A stretch of DNA of 64,000 nucleotides. Source: Alphaproteobacteria bacterium. GTDB taxonomy: Bacteria > Pseudomonadota > Alphaproteobacteria > Rhodospirillales > Casp-alpha2. Shown piece after piece: positions 57,605 to 64,000 of the stretch; position 1 is the first letter of the stretch; each line of letters begins with the position of its first letter. Made by a program: the position numbers and the translations under genes. The stretch covers positions 94-64,093 of the forward strand of contig JACNJX010000054.1 in NCBI GenBank assembly GCA_014382345.1. Reading direction: 5' to 3'. Under the pieces are notes generated by a model that saw only the letters and a program-made list of their open reading frames with translations, searched no databases and was not told the origin of the DNA.

Positions 57605-59171
57605 AGTCCTGATCTCCGACAAGATGAGCCCGCTGGCTGAGGAATGTTTTAAACAGGCCGGGATCGAGGTCGATGTCATTACCGGGCTCGACAAGCAGGG
57701 CCTGGCCGACATCATCGGCGACTATGACGGGCTGGCGATCCGCTCGGCAACCAAGGTGACATCGAAGGTGCTGGAGGCTGCGAAAAACCTGAAAGTCATC
57801 GGCCGCGCCGGCATCGGCGTCGATAATATCGATGTCGACGCTGCCACGGCAAAAGGCATCGTTGTCATGAACACGCCGTTCGGCAATTCCATCACCACGG
57901 CGGAGCACGCCATTTCCATGATGCTGGCCGTAGCGCGCCAAATCCCCCAGGCCAATGCCTCGACCCATGAGGGCAAGTGGGAAAAATCCCGCTTCATGGG
58001 CGTCGAGCTGATGGGCAAGACGCTGGGCATTATCGGCTGCGGCAACATCGGTGCCGTCGTCGCCGACCGCGCCCAGGGCCTGAAGATGAAGGTCATCGCC
58101 TATGATCCTTTCCTGACGCCGGAACGCGCAGAGGATCTGGGCGTTGAGAAGGTCGAACTGCCGGAATTGTTCAAGCGGGCCGATTTTATCAGCCTACACA
58201 CGCCGCTGACCGACGCCACCCGCGATATCCTCAACGAACGCGCGTTTAAGAAAATGAAAAAGGGCGTGCGCATCATCAACTGCGCGCGCGGCGGCCTGAT
58301 CGTCGAGGAAGACCTGAAGGTGGCGCTGGAAAACGGCGATGTGGCGGGGGCGGCGCTGGACGTGTTCGCCCACGAGCCGGCCGAGGAAAACCCGCTGTTC
58401 GGCATGGACAACGTCGTCGCCACGCCGCATCTCGGTGCGGCGACGACGGAAGCCCAGGAAAAGGTGGCAGGGCAGGTCGCCGAGCAGATCGCCGATTTCC
58501 TCAACACCGGGGCCGTGACCAACGCGCTCAACATGGCGTCCGTGTCGGCGGAAGATGCGCCTAAGCTGAAACCCTATATGGTGCTGGCCCACCAATTGGG
58601 CAGCTTTGCGGGCCAGGCGACCCATTCGGCAATCAAGGAAGTTACCATCGCCTATGAAGGGCTGTGCGGCGAGCTTAACTGCCGGCCCCTGACGGCGATC
58701 GTCCTACAGGGCCTTTTGTCACCGCAAATGGAAGGCGTCAACATGGTCAACGCGCCGACCATAGCCAAGGAGCGCGATATTCACATCCGCGAAGTCCGTT
58801 CCGACGAAGCCGGCGCCTTTCAGACCCTGATGACCCTGACTCTGACCACCGAGACCCAGACCCGGACCATTGCCGGCACGCTGTTCAACGAGGAACCGCG
58901 CCTGGTCGAGATCAAGGGCATACCCATCGACGCTAAGTTGGCGCCGAACATGCTCTACATCACCAACCGGGATAAACCGGGCCTGATCGGGGCTTTGGGA
59001 ACGCTGATGGGGGATGCCGGTATCAACATCGCCACTTTCCATCTGGGCCGCGCCGAAGAAGGCGGTGACGCCATCGCGCTGATCGAAACCGACGGGACGC
59101 CGCCGCCGGACGTGCTGGAAAAAATCACCGCGCTCGAGCACGTCGTCACCGTCGTGCCGATGACGTTCTAG
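57597..59171 (+). CDS. serA: D-3-phosphoglycerate dehydrogenase (long form with ASB and ACT domains)
   Basis: 524 aa with GIIGCGNIG, the catalytic region CARGG...TPHLGA, and a C-terminal ACT domain. Confidence 0.95.
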   Translation: MPKVLISDKMSPLAEECFKQAGIEVDVITGLDKQGLADIIGDYDGLAIRSATKVTSKVLEAAKNLKVIGRAGIGVDNIDVDAATAKGIVVMNTPFGNSITTAEHAISMMLAVARQIPQANASTHEGKWEKSRFMGVELMGKTLGIIGCGNIGAVVADRAQGLKMKVIAYDPFLTPERAEDLGVEKVELPELFKRADFISLHTPLTDATRDILNERAFKKMKKGVRIINCARGGLIVEEDLKVALENGDVAGAALDVFAHEPAEENPLFGMDNVVATPHLGAATTEAQEKVAGQVAEQIADFLNTGAVTNALNMASVSAEDAPKLKPYMVLAHQLGSFAGQATHSAIKEVTIAYEGLCGELNCRPLTAIVLQGLLSPQMEGVNMVNAPTIAKERDIHIREVRSDEAGAFQTLMTLTLTTETQTRTIAGTLFNEEPRLVEIKGIPIDAKLAPNMLYITNRDKPGLIGALGTLMGDAGINIATFHLGRAEEGGDAIALIETDGTPPPDVLEKITALEHVVTVVPMTF

Positions 59172-59521
59172 TCGGAGTCGCCAAGCACCTTCAGCCGTTC
59201 CTGATAATCCTTGGTGGTGATATCACCGCGTGCGTAGCGTTCCCTGAGGATGTCCTGCGGCGTTTTGCGCGGTTTGCCATTGTGGGCGGAGCGGGGGCCA
59301 CCCGTTCCGCGCATGATCAGCACCACGGCGACGACGATGGCGGCGATGACAAGGATCATTATCAACGGCCCGAACAATCCGTGTCCGCCCATCCCGTAGC
59401 CATGGCGGTAGCCGCCGCCCGGGCCGCCACCGTTGGCCCAGGCGACCATGGGCGTCAGCATTACCGCCACCGGCAGCAGAAGCGCCGTGGCGGCGGTTGT
59501 CCATCGGGATATTGTTTGCAT
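59168..59521 (-). CDS. SHOCT-domain membrane protein
   Basis: Start at MQTISRW after AAGGAGG. Contains a Gly-rich stretch, one TM helix, and a C-terminal ILRERYARGDITTKDYQERLKVL (SHOCT). Confidence 0.7.
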   Translation of the reverse strand: MQTISRWTTAATALLLPVAVMLTPMVAWANGGGPGGGYRHGYGMGGHGLFGPLIMILVIAAIVVAVVLIMRGTGGPRSAHNGKPRKTPQDILRERYARGDITTKDYQERLKVLGDSD

Positions 59522-59714
59522 CGTGATCCTCCTTGAGTGGTTGGCCTTTAAGGTTTCGAAATGGTACGGCGGGATGGGCGCATCCCGCAACGTCGTTGTT
59601 TAAAAAGGCTCAAAAAAGAAGGCCAATGCATTTGGACCCCAAGCCTTTTGGGTGTTAGACTTTTCCCAAGCCCGCGAAAAAATCGAATGGGCAGGCTAGG
59701 GAGTTTCGGCTGTC

Positions 59715-60194
59715 ATGGAAAAAGTTCTCCTGATGGACGCCAAGGAGTGTACGGGCTGTATGCAGTGCGAAATGGCCTGCAGCTATCAGACCGAAAACGC
59801 CTTTAACCCGATCAAGGCGCGCATCAAGGTTTTCGAGTTCAAGGAACAAAGCCTGTTTGTTCCCTACACCTGCACCCAGTGCGCGGAAGCCTGGTGCATG
59901 GCGGTGTGTCCCGTCGATGCGATCTCGGTGGATGACAAGACCGGAGCCAAGATCGTCAACAACGACACCTGTGTCGGCTGCAAGGTGTGCACCATCGCGT
60001 GCCCCTTCGGCACCATCAATTACAACCCCGACAGCGGCAAGGTCCTCAAATGCGACCTCTGCGGCGGGGACCCGGCCTGTGTGAAAATGTGCCCGACCAC
60101 GGCCTTGAGCTTCGTCGAGGCGGAAAAGGCGGGAGAAGTCAAAATGCGCGCGTGGGCGGAAAAAACAGAGCCTGATTTACAAACATCAGAGTAA
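59715..60194 (+). CDS. aorA: 4x[4Fe-4S] ferredoxin-like electron-transfer subunit of aldehyde oxidoreductase
   Basis: Four Cys clusters: CTGCMQCEMAC, CTQCAEAWCMAVCP, CVGCKVCTIACP and CDLCGGDPACVKMCP. It lies directly upstream of the AOR gene. Confidence 0.85.
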   Translation: MEKVLLMDAKECTGCMQCEMACSYQTENAFNPIKARIKVFEFKEQSLFVPYTCTQCAEAWCMAVCPVDAISVDDKTGAKIVNNDTCVGCKVCTIACPFGTINYNPDSGKVLKCDLCGGDPACVKMCPTTALSFVEAEKAGEVKMRAWAEKTEPDLQTSE

Positions 60195-60210
60195 CTAGGG
60201 AGATTTTGCT

Positions 60211-62058
60211 ATGTCATGGACCAAGAAAATTCTACGGGTCAACCTGACCAACGGCACCTGCGAGAGCGAGCCCCTGAATATGGAATGGGCGAACCAGTAC
60301 CTCGGCCAAAGGGGACTGGCGACCAAGTACCTGGTCGAGGAAACCGACCCCAAGGTTGATCCCCTGTCGCCGGACAACAAGTTGATCATGGCGACGGGGC
60401 CGTTGACCGGCACCATCGCACCCACGGGCGGGCGGTATTCGGTGGTGACCAAGGGCGCGCTGACCGGCGCTATCGCGTGTTCCAATTCCGGCGGGTTTTT
60501 CGGCGCCGAGGTCAAGAACGCCGGTTGGGACATGATTATTTTTGAAGGCAAATCGGACAAGCCGGTCTATTTGAACATCAGGAACGAAAATGCCGAACTC
60601 ATTGACGCCGGTGACCTGTGGGGCAAGTCGGTGTGGGAAACGGAAGATATGATCCGCGAAGCCCAGGGCGACAACGATGTCCGCATCGCCTCCATCGGCA
60701 AGACCGGAGAAAACCAGCTTCTGTTGGCCTGCATCGTCAACGACAAGGACCGGGCCGCCGGGCGTTCCGGCGTCGGCGCCGTAATGGGGTCCAAAAACCT
60801 GAAGGCGGTCTGCGTACGCGGTACCTTGGGCGTTCAGGTCCGGGACGGCATGGAATTCATGCAGGCCACCAACGCGGCCAAGAAAATCCTGGCCGAAAAT
60901 GCGGTCACCGGCGAAGGGTTGCCGACCTACGGCACCCAGGTGTTGATGAACGTGATCAACGAAACCGGCGCGCTTCCGACCCACAACGCCGGCGACGTCC
61001 AGTTCGAGGGCGCGTCGAAGATCGGCGGCGAGGCCATGCATGAAATCCGGGAATCCGACGGCAAGGCCAATCTGGTTTCCAACCATGCCTGTTTCTCGTG
61101 CCCGATTTCGTGTGCCCGGGTGTCACAGATCGACCCCACGCACTTCACCGTTCAGGGCAAGCCGAAGTACCTGGAGCCGTCCGGCGGGCTGGAATATGAG
61201 AGTGCTTGGAGTCTGGGCGCGGCGACCGGCGTCGATGACCTGGAGGCGTTGACCTATTGCAACTTTATTTGCAACGAACAGGGCTTCGACCCGATCTCGT
61301 TCGGGTCCACCGTCGCCGCCGCCATGGAACTCTATGAAAAGGGCACAATCACCAACGATGATACCGGCGGTATCGAGCTGAAATTCGGTTCCACCGAAGC
61401 CCTGGTCCAGATCATCGAGGCCACGGCCAATGGCGAAGGCTTCGGTCTGGAAGTCGGAATGGGCTCCAAGCGGTTGTGCGAAAAGTACGGCGACCCGGAC
61501 CTGTCGATGACGGTCAAGGGCCAGGAATTCCCGGCTTATGATCCACGCGGCATTCAGGGCATGGGGCTGGCCTACGCCACGTCCAATCGCGGCGCGTGCC
61601 ATCTGCGCGGCTACACCGTGGCGTCGGAAATCCTGGGCATCCCCGAGAAAACCGATCCCCTGGTGACCGACGGCAAGGCCGGACTGGTCAAGGCCTTCCA
61701 GGACGCCACAGCGGCCGTGGATTCGTCGGGCACCTGCGTGTTCACCACGTTTGCGCTGACGCTCGACGACATCGCGCCGGAAATCGCCGCCGCCTGCGAA
61801 GGCGACTGGACGGCGGATTCTCTGGTCGAGGTCGGCGAGCGGATCTGGAACATGGAACGCCAGTACAACCTGGATGCGGGTTTCACCGGCAAGGACGACC
61901 TGTTGCCGAAACGCCTGCTGAAAGACGCGGCCAAGACCGGCCCGGCGAAAGGGTTGACCAACGGCCTCGATAAGATGCTGCCGGAATACTATGAACTGCG
62001 CGGCTGGGACGCCAATGGCGTTCCGTCGGATGAAACCAAGAGCCGCCTTTCACTGTAA
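60211..62058 (+). CDS. aorB: tungsten-dependent aldehyde:ferredoxin oxidoreductase family catalytic subunit
   Basis: 615 aa with an AOR N-terminal domain (ILRVNLT...GGRGLA), the [4Fe-4S] motif CFSCPISC, and the pterin-binding DSSGTCVF motif. Confidence 0.92.
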   Translation: MSWTKKILRVNLTNGTCESEPLNMEWANQYLGQRGLATKYLVEETDPKVDPLSPDNKLIMATGPLTGTIAPTGGRYSVVTKGALTGAIACSNSGGFFGAEVKNAGWDMIIFEGKSDKPVYLNIRNENAELIDAGDLWGKSVWETEDMIREAQGDNDVRIASIGKTGENQLLLACIVNDKDRAAGRSGVGAVMGSKNLKAVCVRGTLGVQVRDGMEFMQATNAAKKILAENAVTGEGLPTYGTQVLMNVINETGALPTHNAGDVQFEGASKIGGEAMHEIRESDGKANLVSNHACFSCPISCARVSQIDPTHFTVQGKPKYLEPSGGLEYESAWSLGAATGVDDLEALTYCNFICNEQGFDPISFGSTVAAAMELYEKGTITNDDTGGIELKFGSTEALVQIIEATANGEGFGLEVGMGSKRLCEKYGDPDLSMTVKGQEFPAYDPRGIQGMGLAYATSNRGACHLRGYTVASEILGIPEKTDPLVTDGKAGLVKAFQDATAAVDSSGTCVFTTFALTLDDIAPEIAAACEGDWTADSLVEVGERIWNMERQYNLDAGFTGKDDLLPKRLLKDAAKTGPAKGLTNGLDKMLPEYYELRGWDANGVPSDETKSRLSL

Positions 62059-62106
62059 CAGGCGTTGTAAACGACGCCACAAGGTCGGGAGCCGGAGGTT
62101 GATGCC

Positions 62107-63366
62107 ATGAAACACGTCATCGCCGGCTCCGGTCCGGCGGCGGTCGCCGCTGCTGAAACGCTGAGAAAAACCGACTCCGAAGCCGACATCGTCCTGATCG
62201 GCGACGAGCCGGAACCGCCCTATGGCCGGATGGCAATCCCCTATTTCCTGGTCGGTAATATCGACGAGGCGGGAACGTATCTGCGCAAAACGCCGGACCA
62301 CTTTGAGGGCCTGAAAATCCTTATCAAACAGGACCGCGTCACCGGGATTTCCGTTGATGCGGGCGAGGTCGCGCTGGAAGGCGGCGGCGCGGAGGCTTTC
62401 GACACGCTTCTGATCGCCACCGGCGGCGCCCCGGTTAAACCTCCGGTAGATGGCCTGGACCTGTCCGGCGTGCATCACTGCTGGACCCTGGCCGATGCCC
62501 GCGCCATTGCCGGGCGCGCCAACGAAGGCGCATCGGTGGTCCTCATCGGGGCCGGGTTCATCGCCTGCATTATCCTGGAAAGCCTGCTTCGCCGTGGTGT
62601 CGCCCTGACCGTGATCGAGCGAGAAAAGCGCATGGTGCCGCACATGATGGATGACACCGCCGCCGACATGCTGAAACGCTGGTGCGAAGACAAGGGTGTG
62701 ACCATCAAAACCGCAACCCAGGTGGCCAAGGTGGAAGAGGGAAAAGCGGGTGACGGGCTTGTGGTGCACCTGGACAATGGCGAACAGGTGGACGCGGCGC
62801 TGGTCGTGGTCGCCGCCGGAACCCGATCCAATATCGGTTTTTTGGAGGGCAGCGGAATTAAGGTCGAAGATGGCATTGTCGTCGATGAATTCCTGAAAAC
62901 GTCGGCGGATACCGTCTATGCCGCCGGGGACTGCGCCCAGGGTCCGGATTTTTCCGGCGGCTGGGCGGTGCACGGCATTCAGCCGACGGCGGCAGAACAC
63001 GGGCGCATCGCGGGCCTCAACATGGCCGGGCGGGCGACCCCGTATAAGGGCAGCCTGTCCATGAACGTGCTGGATACGGCGGGCCTGATCTCCGCCTCCT
63101 TCGGGCGCTGGCAGGGGGTGGAGGGCGGCGACTTCGCCGAAAACATTGTCGAAAAGGATTTCCGCTATATCCGGCTTGCGTTTGAGGACGACCGCGTGAT
63201 CGGCGCGCTGACGCTGGGTCGCACCAACCACATCGGCGTGTTGCGCGGGCTGATCCAGACGCCTGTTCATCTGGGTGCATGGAAAGACAAGCTGATGAAT
63301 GACCCGCACAAGATCATGGAGGCCTATCTGGCCCAGGCGGGAAAAAGGGCACAGGATTACACATGA
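62107..63366 (+). CDS. aorC: FAD/NAD(P)-binding pyridine-nucleotide-disulfide oxidoreductase subunit
   Basis: Contains VIAGSGPAAVAAA, IATGG, VVLIGAGFIA and AAGDCA. Confidence 0.85.
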   Translation: MKHVIAGSGPAAVAAAETLRKTDSEADIVLIGDEPEPPYGRMAIPYFLVGNIDEAGTYLRKTPDHFEGLKILIKQDRVTGISVDAGEVALEGGGAEAFDTLLIATGGAPVKPPVDGLDLSGVHHCWTLADARAIAGRANEGASVVLIGAGFIACIILESLLRRGVALTVIEREKRMVPHMMDDTAADMLKRWCEDKGVTIKTATQVAKVEEGKAGDGLVVHLDNGEQVDAALVVVAAGTRSNIGFLEGSGIKVEDGIVVDEFLKTSADTVYAAGDCAQGPDFSGGWAVHGIQPTAAEHGRIAGLNMAGRATPYKGSLSMNVLDTAGLISASFGRWQGVEGGDFAENIVEKDFRYIRLAFEDDRVIGALTLGRTNHIGVLRGLIQTPVHLGAWKDKLMNDPHKIMEAYLAQAGKRAQDYT

Positions 63367-63626
63367 AGAACCGGGTCAAGTTGTACGCGAACCTGGGTAA
63401 GTATCTGCCCGACGGCACGGCCGAAGGCCCGACCGGAAACGAGGCCGACCTGGAGTTCGACGACGGCGTCACCGTCGGCGGGGTTCTTGAGCAATTGGCC
63501 GTGCCCCGGGAGCATTGCCATCTGGTGCTGGTCAACGGCATCTTCGTGCCGCCCGGCGAGCGGGATGGCTGGGCGCTGAAAGAAGACGATCATCTGGCCG
63601 TGTGGCCGCCCGTTGCGGGGGGCTGA
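63363..63626 (+). CDS. aorD: MoaD/ThiS-family sulfur-carrier-like protein
   Basis: 87 aa ending in ...VWPPVAGG (C-terminal Gly-Gly). ATGA overlap with the upstream gene. Confidence 0.8.
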   Translation: MKNRVKLYANLGKYLPDGTAEGPTGNEADLEFDDGVTVGGVLEQLAVPREHCHLVLVNGIFVPPGERDGWALKEDDHLAVWPPVAGG

Positions 63627-63919
63627 TGTCTGATTCCTGTTTTATCGAAAAAGAGATGGCGCTGACCCACGCCGATTTCTTCCGCATCATCGCGCGCGCG
63701 TTGGGCACGGAAGATTTCGAAACGGCGGACTCAGGCGTGGTTCTGGCGGATGGCGATAAACGCCTGGAAATCACCATTGGCGCGGAACGCACCCGCAAGA
63801 TCGCGATGATGGAAATCCCCGCCTGCGACGTGCGCCTGGAATTTTTCGGCTATTCGGAAACGGATCGCGAAGCGGCGCTCCACCTGTTCGACCTGATGTT
63901 CCGGAAAGGCGGAGGGTAG
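63626..63919 (+). CDS. small hypothetical protein at the end of the aor operon (position of aorE)
   Basis: Start chosen at MSDSCFIEKEM. The ATG shares 1 nt with the MoaD-like stop (TGATG). No motif recognised. Confidence 0.5.
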   Translation: MSDSCFIEKEMALTHADFFRIIARALGTEDFETADSGVVLADGDKRLEITIGAERTRKIAMMEIPACDVRLEFFGYSETDREAALHLFDLMFRKGGG

Positions 63920-63923
63920 GGCG

Positions 63924-64000
63924 TTATTTCCGCCCCTTTTTATCCGGTGCGTAGGGATTTTTGCCGGCGCGCTGGTGGATACGGATCGGCACGGCGGGCA
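63924..64000 (-). CDS. 3' end of an unidentified minus-strand gene running off the right edge
   Basis: Manual reverse translation gives ...PAVPIRIHQRAGKNPYAPDKKGRK*, with TAA at 63926-63924. It is too short to assign. Confidence 0.25.
   Translation of the reverse strand, partial: PAVPIRIHQRAGKNPYAPDKKGRK

Noticed and set aside
1-64000. CRISPR arrays, tandem repeats, rRNA, IS elements and prophage genes.
   Set aside because: I read through all spacers longer than 100 bp and saw no repeat-spacer periodicity, no terminal inverted repeats flanking a transposase-like ORF, and no rRNA-like sequence. The only repeats found are the short ones reported above.

Overview
This is a dense, high-GC chromosomal segment (about 60% GC by eye). 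The gene order looks alphaproteobacterial: corC-aroB-aroK-hyp-xerD, accA, secA, ppiC-argJ-mutT, long-type serC-serA, bluB and a malyl-CoA lyase. I call about 58 CDS and one tRNA-Leu(UAA). I saw no rRNA, CRISPR array, transposase, integrase or phage genes.

Housekeeping blocks are interrupted by accessory blocks:
- a TRAP transporter plus amidase operon
- a glyoxylate module (2-hydroxyacid dehydrogenase and malyl-CoA lyase)
- a Pat-type acetyltransferase
- a six-gene co-directional cluster that starts with a di-haem cytochrome and an outer-membrane barrel
- two sensor kinases
- a four-gene operon abutting the tRNA (amidohydrolase, methyltransferase, MFS, sulfotransferase-like)
- a large cNMP-binding protein
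- a divergent enolase paralog coupled to a kinase
- an orphan CheB
- a complete bacterial-type tungsten aldehyde oxidoreductase operon (aorABCDE-like)

The best candidates for something undescribed are:
- the tRNA-flanked tailoring/export operon (39.8-44.3 kb)
- the kinase plus enolase-paralog pair with changed catalytic residues (47.2-49.5 kb)
- a structured, terminator-ended intergenic transcript candidate with CCUCCC motifs (49.62-49.81 kb)
- the cytochrome/porin pair (28.6-30.6 kb)

None of these is proven. All family assignments come from motifs I recognise by eye in the supplied translations, and all start codons are manual choices. No database search or folding computation was possible.
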